DNA of 64,000 nucleotides from Vulcanimicrobiota bacterium (GTDB taxonomy: Bacteria > Vulcanimicrobiota > Vulcanimicrobiia > Eremiobacterales > Eremiobacteraceae): assembly GCA_963805945.1 (NCBI GenBank), contig CAWDVP010000006.1, forward strand, positions 448,001 to 512,000. The letters run 5' to 3'. The position numbers were made by a program, and so were the translations under genes. Shown here in pieces: positions 30,332 to 40,405 of this stretch. The notes below the pieces were generated by a model that worked only from the letters and a program-made list of their open reading frames with translations, searched no databases and was not told the DNA's origin. Numbering within the stretch: position 1 is the stretch's first letter; each line of letters opens with the position of its first letter.

Positions 30332-31680
30332 TGGCGGAGCAGGTCGACGCGATCGTCATCGGCAGCGGCCAGGGCGGTGTGCCCTTCGCCGCCGATCTCG
30401 CTAGGGCCGGCAAGAAGGTCGTGCTGTTCGAGCGTGGCAGACTCGGCGGCAGCTGCATCAATTACGGCTGCACGCCATCCAAAGCGTTCCTAGCCGCCGC
30501 GCACAACGCCGGCCGGGCCAGACGCGCCGCGGCATTGGGCGTCCATGCAGAAGTCAGCGTCGACTTCGCGGCCATCATGGACCGCGTGCGCTCGATCCGC
30601 GACCGGTTCATGGACGGCATCGCGAGAAAGCTCGCAGGGGCCGGCGTCCGCGTCGTGCCCGCGGAAGCCTCGTTCTCGGCCGAGCGCACGCTCAGCGGCG
30701 GCAGCGTCACTGCGATCGCGCCGCTGGTCGTCATCGACACAGGCACGTCGTCGTTTCTGCCGCCGATCGACGGTCTCGCCGGTACGCCGTACCTGACGAA
30801 CGTGAGTTTCTTCGAGCTGACGACCGCGCCGAAACGCATGCTCGTGATGGGCGGCGGCTACATCGGCCTCGAGCTTGGGCAAGGCCTGGCGCGTCTCGGC
30901 AGCGAGGTGCACGTGATCGATCATAACGATCGCGTGCTGGCGCGTGAAGAACGCGACGCGACCACGGTGCTCGAGCAATCGCTGCGCGAGGACGGCATCG
31001 TGTTGCACCTCGGTCGTGACGTGACGAAGGTCGAGCATGCCGCGGGGACGTTCGCGCTGACGCTCGACGACGGCGACCGCCTTGAAGGCGACGCGCTGCT
31101 CGTGGCGACCGGTCGCCAGCCGAACACCGCGGCGCTCAACGCGATGAAGGGCGGCGTGAAGCTCGACGCGCGCGGCACCGTCGTCGTCGACGAGCAGTTG
31201 CGCACCAGCGCTGCCGGCGTCTTCGCGATCGGCGATGTCGCAGGTCAGCCCGCCTTCACGCACGTCTCCTGGGAGGACTATCGCCGCCTGAAGGACATCA
31301 CGGCGGGCGGCTCGCGCACGCGCGCCGATCGCGTGCTCGCGTACTGCACGTTCACGGAGCCGCAGATCTCGCGGGTCGGCCTGACGTTGGAAGAAGCGCA
31401 GGCGAAGGGTCTCAAGGCTCGGGCCGTCACCTTGCCGATGGAGCACATCGCGCGCGCGGTCGAATGGGGACAGACGCTGGGCTTCTACCGGCTGGTCGTC
31501 GACACCACGAGCGACAAGATCCTCGGCGCGACCATGGTGGGCTACGAAGCCGGCGAGCTCGTGCACGTCATCCTCGCGCACATGGAGGCGGGCTCGACGT
31601 GGCATGTGCTCGACCGTTCGGTACACATCCATCCGACCTACGCCGAGGGGCTGCCCAGCTTGGCGCGGCTGCTCGAATAA
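30331..31680 (+). CDS. Class I pyridine nucleotide-disulfide oxidoreductase
   Basis: IGSGQGG, GGSCINYGCTPSK, GGGYIGLE, AIGD, HPTYAE. Confidence 0.9.
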   Translation: MAEQVDAIVIGSGQGGVPFAADLARAGKKVVLFERGRLGGSCINYGCTPSKAFLAAAHNAGRARRAAALGVHAEVSVDFAAIMDRVRSIRDRFMDGIARKLAGAGVRVVPAEASFSAERTLSGGSVTAIAPLVVIDTGTSSFLPPIDGLAGTPYLTNVSFFELTTAPKRMLVMGGGYIGLELGQGLARLGSEVHVIDHNDRVLAREERDATTVLEQSLREDGIVLHLGRDVTKVEHAAGTFALTLDDGDRLEGDALLVATGRQPNTAALNAMKGGVKLDARGTVVVDEQLRTSAAGVFAIGDVAGQPAFTHVSWEDYRRLKDITAGGSRTRADRVLAYCTFTEPQISRVGLTLEEAQAKGLKARAVTLPMEHIARAVEWGQTLGFYRLVVDTTSDKILGATMVGYEAGELVHVILAHMEAGSTWHVLDRSVHIHPTYAEGLPSLARLLE

Positions 31681-31712
31681 TGTGTAGTGACCGAGCGAAG
31701 CTCGGGAATATC

Positions 31713-33599
31713 ATGGTCGGCCCCTCCATCGCCGACTCGGAGCTCGCCGCCTTCAATAAAGGTGAGCTGCTTCACGCGCAGCGGGTGCTCGGCGCGCAGT
31801 GCGCACGCGACGGCGACGTGGCGGGCGTGCGCTTCGCGGTCTGGGCGCCGCATGCGGTGGATGCGAGCGTCGTCGGTGACTTCAATGCGTGGGATGGACG
31901 ACGTGACGCGATGCGCCTGCGCGGTGAGTCCGGCGTGTGGGAACTTTTTGTGCCGGAGGCGGCCGCCGGCACGCGCTATAAGTTCGAACTGCACACGCGC
32001 GAAGGCGCGCTGCTCGTCAAGGCGGATCCCTACGCGCGCGCATTCGAAGCCAGGCGCGGCAATGCGGCGTTCGTCGTGGCGCCTAGCTCGTATGCATGGA
32101 CCGACCACGCGTGGCTCGCCGGGCGCGCGCGTTGGGATTGGCTGCACGAGCCGTTCAACTGCTACGAAGTGCATCTCGGGTCGTGGCGGCGCGCTCCGGA
32201 CGGAGGGTTCCTCTCCTACGGCGAGCTCGCGCAGGAGCTTATCGAATATGTGCACGCCATGCACTTCACGCATGTCGAGCTCTTGCCGATCACCGAGCAC
32301 CCGCTCGACGAATCATGGGGCTACCAGACCACCGGGTATTTCGCCCCGACGAGCCGCTACGGCACGCCGGACGAGTTCCGCGCCTTCGTCGATCGCCTGC
32401 ACGCCGCAGACATCGGCGTGATCCTCGATTGGGTGCCGGGTCATTTTCCGCGCGATGAATGGGCGCTCGCCCGTTTCGACGGCACGGCGCTCTACGAGTA
32501 CGATGACCCGGTGATGGGTCTGCATCCGCAATGGGGCACAAGCATTTTCAATTATGCGCAGCCGCAGGTGCGCTCATTCCTCTTCTCGAGCGCGCTCTCA
32601 TGGCTCGAAGAGTTCCATCTCGACGGCCTGCGAGTCGACGCGGTCTCATCGCTGCTCTATCTCGACTTCGCGCGTGAGCCCGGGCAATGGCGGCCGAATC
32701 GCCATGGCGGCAGAGAGAACCTCGAGGCGGTCGATTTCATCAAGGATCTCAACGGCAACGCGCACGGGCGCGACATCGGCATCCTCACCATCGCGGAGGA
32801 AGCGTCGGCCTGGCCGAACGTCACCGCGCCGACCGACGCCGGCGGTCTGGGCTTCTCGCTCAAGTGGAACATGGGCTGGGTCAACGACACGCTGCGATAT
32901 GTGGAACTCGAACCGGCCGCCCGCGGCGCGCAGCACAACGACCTCACGTTCTCGCAGATGTACGCGTATACGGAGAACTTCGTGCTGCCGCTCTCGCACG
33001 ATGAGGTCGTCCACGAGAAGCGCTCGCTGTTCGCGAAGATGCCGGGCGATATGGCGCACAAGCTCGCCGGCGTGCGGCTGCTCGTGACCTACCAGATGAC
33101 GCATCCGGGCAAGAAACTGACCTTCATGGGCAACGAGTTCGCTCACGAGCGCGAGTGGGATGTGATGCGACCGCTTGCGTGGGAGCTGCTCGAGACCCCC
33201 GCGCACCGCGGCGTCGCCGCATGCTCGCGTGACCTCAATCGGCTGTACGAAGAATTGCCGGCGCTGCATCGCTACGACCACGACCGGCGCGGCTTCCAAT
33301 GGATCGACTTCCGCGACACCGATGCCTCGATCGTCTCGTTCGTGCGCCGCGCCGACGACGCGTTCGTCGTGGTCGTGCTGAACTTCTCGCCGCAACCTCG
33401 GCACGGCTATCGGATCGGCGCACCGCATGGCGGCGCGTACCGCGAGATCTTCAACAGCGACTCTGCGTTGTACGGCGGGTCCGACGTCGGCAACGCCGGT
33501 ATGGTGCATGCCGAAAATACGCCGTGGTTGAGCTGGCCGCACTCGCTGTCGCTGCACCTGCCGGCGCTCGGCGGCCTGATCCTGACGCCAGACGCGTAG
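31713..33599 (+). CDS. glgB: 1,4-alpha-glucan branching enzyme (short N-terminus)
   Basis: FAVWAP, YEVHLGSW, SWGYQ, DWVPGHF, DGLRVDAV, AEE, KWNMGW, LSHDEVVH. Confidence 0.97.
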   Translation: MVGPSIADSELAAFNKGELLHAQRVLGAQCARDGDVAGVRFAVWAPHAVDASVVGDFNAWDGRRDAMRLRGESGVWELFVPEAAAGTRYKFELHTREGALLVKADPYARAFEARRGNAAFVVAPSSYAWTDHAWLAGRARWDWLHEPFNCYEVHLGSWRRAPDGGFLSYGELAQELIEYVHAMHFTHVELLPITEHPLDESWGYQTTGYFAPTSRYGTPDEFRAFVDRLHAADIGVILDWVPGHFPRDEWALARFDGTALYEYDDPVMGLHPQWGTSIFNYAQPQVRSFLFSSALSWLEEFHLDGLRVDAVSSLLYLDFAREPGQWRPNRHGGRENLEAVDFIKDLNGNAHGRDIGILTIAEEASAWPNVTAPTDAGGLGFSLKWNMGWVNDTLRYVELEPAARGAQHNDLTFSQMYAYTENFVLPLSHDEVVHEKRSLFAKMPGDMAHKLAGVRLLVTYQMTHPGKKLTFMGNEFAHEREWDVMRPLAWELLETPAHRGVAACSRDLNRLYEELPALHRYDHDRRGFQWIDFRDTDASIVSFVRRADDAFVVVVLNFSPQPRHGYRIGAPHGGAYREIFNSDSALYGGSDVGNAGMVHAENTPWLSWPHSLSLHLPALGGLILTPDA

Positions 33600-33600
33600 C

Positions 33601-35040
33601 GTGCGCCTGCTCTTCGCCTCCTCCGAGATCTTCCCGATGGCCAAGACCGGGGGTCTCGGCGACGTGAGCGCGTCGTTGCCGGCCGCGCTTGCGGCGCTCG
33701 ACGTCGAGGTGCGGTTGGTCATGCCCGCGTATCCGTCCGCGCTGAGGGCGGTGGTCGACGCCAAGCCCGCGCGTTTCGTCGCCGACTTCGAGGGCCTCGG
33801 GCGGGCGGAGGTGGTCGAAGCTGTGACGCCGGATTCGCGCCTGCCGATCTGGCTCATCCGCTGTCCGGCGCTGTTCGAGCGCGACGGATACCCGTACACT
33901 GACGGACATGGAGAGCAATGGCCCGACAACTTCGAGCGCTTCGCGCTCTTCTCGCGGGCGGCGGCTGTGCTCGCGAGCGACGACTCGCCGTTCGCGTGGC
34001 GTCCGGACGTCGTGCATGCGAACGACTGGCATGCCGGGCTCGTGATCGCGCTCCTCATCGGGCGTCCGGACCGGCCGCGCCTCCTTTTCACCGTGCACAA
34101 TATCGCATTCCAGGGAACGTTCCCGCTCGAGTGGTTTCCGCTGTGCGGGCTGCCTGCGGACCTGCGCGAGGACGCCGGCATCGGGCACGGCGACGGCTTC
34201 TCGCTGCTCAAGGCCGGCGTGCGGTATGCAGATTGGATCACCACGGTGAGTCCGACGTATGCCCGCGAGATCCAGACGCCGCAATTCGGATTCGGCTTCG
34301 AAACGCTGGTCGCGGCGCGCGCCGAAAGCGTGAGCGGCATCCTCAACGGCATCGACATGCGCGCATGGGACCCGGCGACCGATGCGCACATCGCCGCACG
34401 CTATAGCGTCGCCGATCTCGCCGGCAAGCGTGCCTGCAAAGCGGCGCTGCTTTCGACCTTCGGCCTTCCCGCCGCGCCCGATGCCCCGCTTTTCGGCATC
34501 GTCAGCCGGCTCACCGCGCAAAAAGGCCTCGACCTGGTGCCGGATGCGCTCGGCTCTGCGTTAGCCGCGGGTGCGCGGCTTGCGGCGGTCGGGTTCGGCG
34601 AAGCGGAGATCGAGCAGCAGTTCAGCGGCTTGATGACGCGCTATCCGGATCGGGTGAGCGCCCGCTTCGAGTTCGACGAGAGGCTGGCGCACGCCGTCGA
34701 GGCGGGCGCGGACATCTTCCTCATGCCCTCGCGCTTCGAGCCGAGCGGGCTCAACCAGATGTACAGCCAGCGCTATGGCACGCCGCCGGTCGTGCACGCG
34801 GTGGGCGGACTCGCCGACAGCGTGGTGGATGCCGACGTCCGGTCGCTGCACGACGGCAGCGCGACCGGTTTCACCTTCCGCGAGCCGAGCACGCCGGCGT
34901 TCGCGGCGGCGATCGAGCGTGCGCTCGCGCTCTTCACGGAAAAAGAACGCTGGCGCGCCGTGCAACTCTGCGGCATGCGGCGAGATTTCAGCTGGTCGAA
35001 CGCGGCAGCACGCTATCTCGACCTGTATCGTATTATCTAA
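33601..35040 (+). CDS. glgA: Glycogen synthase
   Basis: KTGGLGDV, HANDWH, TVHN, SRLTAQKG, PSRFEP.GLNQMY. Confidence 0.97.
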   Translation: MRLLFASSEIFPMAKTGGLGDVSASLPAALAALDVEVRLVMPAYPSALRAVVDAKPARFVADFEGLGRAEVVEAVTPDSRLPIWLIRCPALFERDGYPYTDGHGEQWPDNFERFALFSRAAAVLASDDSPFAWRPDVVHANDWHAGLVIALLIGRPDRPRLLFTVHNIAFQGTFPLEWFPLCGLPADLREDAGIGHGDGFSLLKAGVRYADWITTVSPTYAREIQTPQFGFGFETLVAARAESVSGILNGIDMRAWDPATDAHIAARYSVADLAGKRACKAALLSTFGLPAAPDAPLFGIVSRLTAQKGLDLVPDALGSALAAGARLAAVGFGEAEIEQQFSGLMTRYPDRVSARFEFDERLAHAVEAGADIFLMPSRFEPSGLNQMYSQRYGTPPVVHAVGGLADSVVDADVRSLHDGSATGFTFREPSTPAFAAAIERALALFTEKERWRAVQLCGMRRDFSWSNAAARYLDLYRII

Positions 35041-35161
35041 TCCGCCTTCCATCCGGCTCTCATCGATATCTAAGACTGGACGCGAGCCTTCTCGGCAGGT
35101 GCGGCGAAGGTGCAGATGTGGCGCGCTCGCACGGCGCGCGCAATCCTCGAAAGGAGTCGCC

Positions 35162-35503
35162 ATGCATCGCACGCTTCTCGCTCTCGCCGCACTCGTGGCG
35201 CTGCTCGCCGGCTTCGGCTCCCGCGCAAGCGCGGATCTCGTCAACCGGCCGCAGGCCGTGGCCTTCTTCGACGCCGACGATCGTTTCTCGGCCGCCCATG
35301 ACATGCAGGGCGTCGTCACCTACTTCAATCGCTTCGCCATGACCGTGCGCGTCGACGGCCGCCAGTATCCGGTCGTCTTGCACCAGGGCACGCTCATCAA
35401 GCCGACCGGCACGACGCTTGCTCCCAGCATGCTCGTGAACGTCGAAGGCTATTGGTCTGCCGGCGCGTTTTACGCCAACAGGATCGTCGTGGTGCGCTAC
35501 TAG
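35162..35503 (+). CDS. Small secreted hypothetical protein (DUF5666-like)
   Basis: AAAGGAG RBS, signal peptide, all-beta mature domain (LHQGTLIKPTG). Confidence 0.65.
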   Translation: MHRTLLALAALVALLAGFGSRASADLVNRPQAVAFFDADDRFSAAHDMQGVVTYFNRFAMTVRVDGRQYPVVLHQGTLIKPTGTTLAPSMLVNVEGYWSAGAFYANRIVVVRY

Positions 35504-35512
35504 CGGAGGCAA

Positions 35513-35526
35513 CGCTCTTCGGAGCG
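35513..35526. terminator. Short C(UUCG)G hairpin between convergent genes
   Basis: CGCTC-TTCG-GAGCG; no U tract. Confidence 0.35.
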
Positions 35527-35527
35527 A

Positions 35528-36268
35528 CTACTCGCCCTCCGACGCGACGCGCTTGAAGCTCCAACCGAACCGGCCCTTCGATTTCGCCGGATTCTCGTTC
35601 GCGCTTTCCAGCAGGCCGTCGCGGAAGCGCAATTCGTACGACCGGGCGTAGTGCGTGTTCGCCCTACTCTCGTCTCTTGGGTACAGCGAGCTCGCCTCGT
35701 CGATCAAGAGCGTGATCGTGTGCGCGTCGAGCGCCGTCACCCTCGTCGTGATGACTCCGGCCCGGTCGACTTCCCACAGCGTAGAGCAGGCGTAGACCCT
35801 GCAATAGAGATCGCGTTTGAACCTGGCCCACGCGCTTGGGCGCGTATCGAAGCTGCGCGACCACACCGAGCCCACCGCGAGGTCCTTGGGAACCAGTCCC
35901 ATCAGGCTTGGGACGTAGACGAACCAGTCAAACGGCAGCATGCCGAATTGGCCGCACGCCGCCGTCAACGAGCAATGCCCGCTGTACGACTGGACCAAAG
36001 GCCGTGCTTTGTGGGCCGGCGTCGTCGTGCGGCCAGCTTCGTCCATGCGGTACCCGATGACGCCATTGGCGACGGACAGGATATGGATGGTCGACCGCCC
36101 GATGTTGGAATAAGCTGGCGCTTGCATCGCCCATGCATACACGAAGGTATCGCCCGGGTGGAGCGCCGGCTGCGTCAAGGGATTGGCCCTTGGCGTGGAT
36201 ATCTGCGTCGAAGTGCAACCGATCATCAGGATTGCGGCAACGGCTGGCGCGAAGGCTGAGCGACCCAT
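35528..36268 (-). CDS. Hypothetical lipoprotein
   Basis: Lipobox-like MIGC after a hydrophobic leader; ATGA-type coupling to the upstream DUF309 gene. Confidence 0.55.
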   Translation of the reverse strand: MGRSAFAPAVAAILMIGCTSTQISTPRANPLTQPALHPGDTFVYAWAMQAPAYSNIGRSTIHILSVANGVIGYRMDEAGRTTTPAHKARPLVQSYSGHCSLTAACGQFGMLPFDWFVYVPSLMGLVPKDLAVGSVWSRSFDTRPSAWARFKRDLYCRVYACSTLWEVDRAGVITTRVTALDAHTITLLIDEASSLYPRDESRANTHYARSYELRFRDGLLESANENPAKSKGRFGWSFKRVASEGE

Positions 36269-36633
36269 CAGCTGATCTCTCCCGGGGATGTTTCCGACAG
36301 GCGCGGCCGTTGTGCTACGATATCCACTGGCTTACCGCTTTCGAGCGCCGCGCCTACGCGCGCCGCATATGCATCCATTCGCTTGAGGTCGATCCCGAAC
36401 TCGGCGTTCGCGGGATTGGCAAGGCGCCCACGGGCGCGCTCGATCATCGTCTTGGCGCCTGCCAGATTACCACGCTCGATATGGTGCAGCGCGACGGCGA
36501 GCTGGATCAGGCCCTGCAGCCCGTCGTCGCGCCGCCGCGTCCACAGGCCCTCGAGCACTTCGTGCGCCATGAAGAAGTCGCCCTCATCCCAGCAGCGCGC
36601 GAATGCGGGGATCTCGGGTTCGTTCGGTTCCAT
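36268..36633 (-). CDS. DUF309 family protein
   Basis: FFMAHEVLEGLW...LQGLIQLAVALHH..RGN..GA. Confidence 0.88.
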   Translation of the reverse strand: MEPNEPEIPAFARCWDEGDFFMAHEVLEGLWTRRRDDGLQGLIQLAVALHHIERGNLAGAKTMIERARGRLANPANAEFGIDLKRMDAYAARVGAALESGKPVDIVAQRPRLSETSPGEIS

Positions 36634-36691
36634 CGCAAGACCCTCGTGCGGCGAAAGGTCGCCCTCAAGGAGGCGCGTAAGCCTGCTGGCC

Positions 36692-37687
36692 GTGAGCGAC
36701 ACGCTATTCGAAGACGTGCGGCTCGGGAGCGAGGCGGACCTTCCACCGGCGGATACGCACTGCCTCGACGTCGCATTGCTCGACATGAACCACGGCGCCG
36801 TGAATCTCGGCGTCGACGCCATGATCGCCTCTGTGGCCGCGAGCGCCGCACGGCTCGAGCCGCAGCTTCGCGCCGCGGGTCTGCGTGTGCGGGCGATCTC
36901 GTTCGACGTTCGCAAGCGGCGTCTGGTGCCCGAACACCATCGCCGCTACGTGCTCTACCTCGGCACTGCCGGCCCCGGCCATCTCGACCCGCGCCGCAAC
37001 GTGCGCGATGACCCTGCAAGCGAGCTGATCGAAGAGGACGCAGGTTGGGAAGCCCCGCTCTTCGCCCTGTTCGACGCCGTCCGCGCCGACGAGCATGCCG
37101 CGCTGCTCAGTATTTGCTACACGTTCGGCTTGCTGTGCCGCTGGACCAACGTCGCGCGGCCGCTGCTGCGCCCCACCGTCAAAAGCCCGATCATGGCGGT
37201 CAAGCAGAACGTGCTGAGCGAAGCGGCGCTCGCACATCCGTGGTTCTCGCAATTCGCGGCGCAGTTGCCGGACGGAAGCCAGTTCCCGGTGCTCGACTCT
37301 CGCCACTACGATCTCGTCCCTTCAGGCCGTTTCCCTGAGGGCATGACCTCGTTGGCGCGAGAGCTGCTCCTGGACGGCACCCCTGGACCGGCCATGACGA
37401 TGTTCGAGTTCGCCCGATCGAAGAACGGCCGTCTGCCGCGCGTCTTCGGCGTCAACTTCCATGCAGAGATCGGCGATGTCGAAGGCCTGGACGCGCTGCT
37501 GCGGGCGAAGATCGAGCGCGGCGAGTGCGATTCCGATTGGTATCGCAGCCGCGCCGCGCTCTTCCCGGAGCTTCGCAGCGACCCGCAGCGCGAGCGCTTG
37601 CGGCTCATCGCCGCGGGCTACTGCTTCGATGTGCTCGCACGCGCCCATCTCGAGGCCGCGATCGAGCGCGCAGGCAAGGAGATGTAG
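36692..37687 (+). CDS. Stand-alone class I glutamine amidotransferase-like protein
   Basis: VALLDM, GTAGPG, SICYTF (nucleophile elbow), GVNFHAE (His-x-Glu). Confidence 0.7.
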   Translation: MSDTLFEDVRLGSEADLPPADTHCLDVALLDMNHGAVNLGVDAMIASVAASAARLEPQLRAAGLRVRAISFDVRKRRLVPEHHRRYVLYLGTAGPGHLDPRRNVRDDPASELIEEDAGWEAPLFALFDAVRADEHAALLSICYTFGLLCRWTNVARPLLRPTVKSPIMAVKQNVLSEAALAHPWFSQFAAQLPDGSQFPVLDSRHYDLVPSGRFPEGMTSLARELLLDGTPGPAMTMFEFARSKNGRLPRVFGVNFHAEIGDVEGLDALLRAKIERGECDSDWYRSRAALFPELRSDPQRERLRLIAAGYCFDVLARAHLEAAIERAGKEM

Positions 37688-37689
37688 TC

Positions 37690-38199
37690 GTGCTCACCAA
37701 CGCAACGCTGCCCATGTCGCTGCATGTCGTCTCCGGCATGATCACGCCGGCGATCCTTATCCTCGCCGCCGGATCGCTCGTCTCGAGCACGCTCGTGCGC
37801 ATCGGACGCATCGTGGACCAGACGAGAGCGCTCATCGCGCGTGGCGAGGAGATGCGCCGCATCGGCAATCAGTCCGCGCTCACGCTCATCGACGAACAGC
37901 TCGACGTGCTGCTGCGGCGCGGTGATCTCGCGCGAGCCGCACTGCGCGAGTACTACGTCGCCATCTCGCTCTTCTTATTGTCGAGCCTCGTCATCGCGCT
38001 CACCATCCTGTTGCAAGACCGCTTGAGCTGGGTCGGCCCGGCCATCGTCATGATCGGCGGCGGCTTCCTGTTCGCCGGGTCTGCCAAGCTCGTGATCGAG
38101 GTCAATGCGTCGGCCGGTTCGACGCGCGCCGAAGTGGAGTGGTATCGGGCCGAGTCGTTCAGCTCGCCGGGCTCGGCGCAGGAGCCGACGCCGCCCTAA
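37690..38199 (+). CDS. DUF2721 membrane protein
   Basis: MITPAILILAAGSL..ST..RIGRIVD, followed by two TM helices. Confidence 0.8.
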   Translation: MLTNATLPMSLHVVSGMITPAILILAAGSLVSSTLVRIGRIVDQTRALIARGEEMRRIGNQSALTLIDEQLDVLLRRGDLARAALREYYVAISLFLLSSLVIALTILLQDRLSWVGPAIVMIGGGFLFAGSAKLVIEVNASAGSTRAEVEWYRAESFSSPGSAQEPTPP

Positions 38200-39085
38200 C
38201 CGCGGCCTCATCGGCGCGGTCGAGCAACGCGAGGATCGCCGGATAGATCATGTCGATCGGCAGCTGCGGATCGAAGTCGTCGATGATGTCGTGCGGCAGC
38301 GTGCCGAGATCGAGGTGCTCGCGCAGCACGCGCGCTCCGTTGCGCTCCCAGCGATCGTACAGGCGATCGGCGGTCTTCGTGTTGATCGCGGGATCGTGCA
38401 CGTTGAGGAACAAGCACGAGACGCGCGCGGCGGGCAGGTGTTTCTTCGCCTCGCGCTGCAACCGGCCGCTTTCGAGGAGCTGGCCTGCGAGCAGATGCGA
38501 GGGATAGCGCATGTACGCGTGCGGCGGCGCGAGCGGATTGTCGGCCTTGGTGCGCGGATCCCACCACAGGAAGAAGTTCGGCAGCAGCTTCAGGACCCAC
38601 GCGATGATCGTGTCGAGCCACATCGGCACGTGCGCGATGGCGAGGAAGGGCGAGATCCCAGTCGCGCTGGCGAGCGTCTCGCTCATGCCCACCGTTTCGG
38701 CGAGTATGCCGCCCATCGAGATGCCGGCGACATGCGTGCGCTCCCCGAGTCCGGCGGCGGCACGCGCGGCATCGGTCGCCGACGCCATGATCTCTTCGAT
38801 CGTCACGCGGGCGAGCGCATCGGTCATCTTGTCGAGATAGCCGTGCCCAGGCAGGCGCGGGATGTAGACGTTATAGCCTGCGGCGAAGAAACGCTCGCCG
38901 AGCGACTCGAACTGCTTGGGACAATTGGTGAAGCCGTGATAGAACACGATGGCGCGGTCGGTGGGCGCGCCGTGGGTCATCAGCCGCGTCAGACAGGTGG
39001 GGTCGAGGCGCGTGTCAGCGCGCTCGGCGGCGATGATGCTGTCGATCGCCCGGCACGCCTCTTCGAAGGTCACGCTCGCAGCCAC
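38159..39085 (-). CDS. Alpha/beta hydrolase (carboxylesterase-like)
   Basis: FYHGFTNCP, PRLPGHG, AGISMGG, D and H in the C-terminal part. Confidence 0.85.
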   Translation of the reverse strand: MAASVTFEEACRAIDSIIAAERADTRLDPTCLTRLMTHGAPTDRAIVFYHGFTNCPKQFESLGERFFAAGYNVYIPRLPGHGYLDKMTDALARVTIEEIMASATDAARAAAGLGERTHVAGISMGGILAETVGMSETLASATGISPFLAIAHVPMWLDTIIAWVLKLLPNFFLWWDPRTKADNPLAPPHAYMRYPSHLLAGQLLESGRLQREAKKHLPAARVSCLFLNVHDPAINTKTADRLYDRWERNGARVLREHLDLGTLPHDIIDDFDPQLPIDMIYPAILALLDRADEAAVRAASAPAPSPAS

Positions 39086-39795
39086 AACAGCACCGCCGCC
39101 ATCAGCAAGATGCCGCTGAACGCGAGCTTGAGCACGCGATCCGGCAGCTTGTGGGCGACCGCGACCCCGGATGATACGGATGACACGCTGCCGGCGGCGA
39201 GCGCGATGCCGATGGGCCAATGGATATCGCCGGCCGCACCGTAGACGATGATGCCGACCACCAAGCCGGGCACGACGAGCGCGAGTCCGAGGCCTTGCGC
39301 GACGGTCTGTGACACGCCGAATCCGAGCGTCATCATCGGCACCGAGACGACCGCCCCGCCGACCGTGAAGAAACCGGAGAGCGCGCCGCCGATGGCGCCC
39401 ACGACGGCCGTCCACGGCCACGGCAGCGCGAGCGCCTTGAAGCTGCCCGTCGCATCCATGAGCGCCCGCAGCGCGTAGTACACCGCCAATACGAGCAAGA
39501 AGATGGCGAAGGCGCGGCGCAGCGGCGTGCTCGGAAGGATGACGGCGAGGCGCGCGCAGAGGAGGGTCACCGACCCCGCGCTGAGCGCCAAGACGACGGC
39601 GATGCGGGCGTCCATGCCGCCGCGCCGCCAATACTGATACAGTCCGATGAGGACGGTCGGCACGACCATGACGAGCGCCGTGCCCTGCGCCTGCTGCTGG
39701 TTCAAACCGAACGCGATACCCAAGATGGGAATGGCGATCAATCCGCCCCCTATACCCATCAAACCGCCCAGCCAGCCGAGGACGAGGCCGAGCAA
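39070..39795 (-). CDS. Sulfite exporter TauE/SafE family protein
   Basis: GLMGIGGGLIAIP...AQGTAL, repeated as GFFTVGGAVVSVP...AQG; exact start uncertain. Confidence 0.88.
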   Translation of the reverse strand: MLGLVLGWLGGLMGIGGGLIAIPILGIAFGLNQQQAQGTALVMVVPTVLIGLYQYWRRGGMDARIAVVLALSAGSVTLLCARLAVILPSTPLRRAFAIFLLVLAVYYALRALMDATGSFKALALPWPWTAVVGAIGGALSGFFTVGGAVVSVPMMTLGFGVSQTVAQGLGLALVVPGLVVGIIVYGAAGDIHWPIGIALAAGSVSSVSSGVAVAHKLPDRVLKLAFSGILLMAAVLLWLRA

Positions 39796-39958
39796 GAGGA
39801 ACAGGACCAGCTCGAGCGAGGCGCTACCTCCGGACGATGCGACGCGGCATCAGCGGCATGGGCGGGGCTTCCCTTCTTTAGACGGGTAACGCCTGCTGCC
39901 TCGAGTTTCGTGGTGAGGCAGGTGGAATCGCCGCTGCGGACGGCGTAGTTGGCATGCT

Positions 39959-40405
39959 GTGCGCAGCATAACGCTCCGGCTTGTCCTCGGTTTGATGCTC
40001 GGCCTGGCTCTCGCCGGCTGTTCGAACGTCTCCGTCACCACCACGCAGAACGACCCCGAGACGCGCGCCTACATGGACCAGGTCATCCCAGCCGTCTTCG
40101 GCCATTGGAGCGTCCAGGCGCTGGCGAAATACGGCGACAAATCGATCTACGACTCGCAACGCCTCGCGCGCGCGACCAAGAATTTCCACGATCTGTCGAT
40201 CAAACTCGGAAAGATGGCCTCATACGATCAGCTCAACGGCACGACGCAAGTGGTGAAGGTCCCGGAGAACGGCGAGAACAAGGCGGCTGCCTACGACGCG
40301 GTGGTGCATTACCAGCGCGGCTCGGCAGCGGTCCACGTCGACGCGGTGAAACACAAAGGCGCCTGGAGCGTCGTCAACGCGAGCATCAACCCGCTGCCCC
40401 GCTGA
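39959..40405 (+). CDS. Hypothetical lipoprotein
   Basis: Lipobox LAGC. Confidence 0.7.
   Translation: MRSITLRLVLGLMLGLALAGCSNVSVTTTQNDPETRAYMDQVIPAVFGHWSVQALAKYGDKSIYDSQRLARATKNFHDLSIKLGKMASYDQLNGTTQVVKVPENGENKAAAYDAVVHYQRGSAAVHVDAVKHKGAWSVVNASINPLPR

Noticed and set aside
30331..31680. Mercuric reductase (merA)
   Set aside because: No C-terminal Cys-Cys pair, no NmerA domain and no mer genes nearby.
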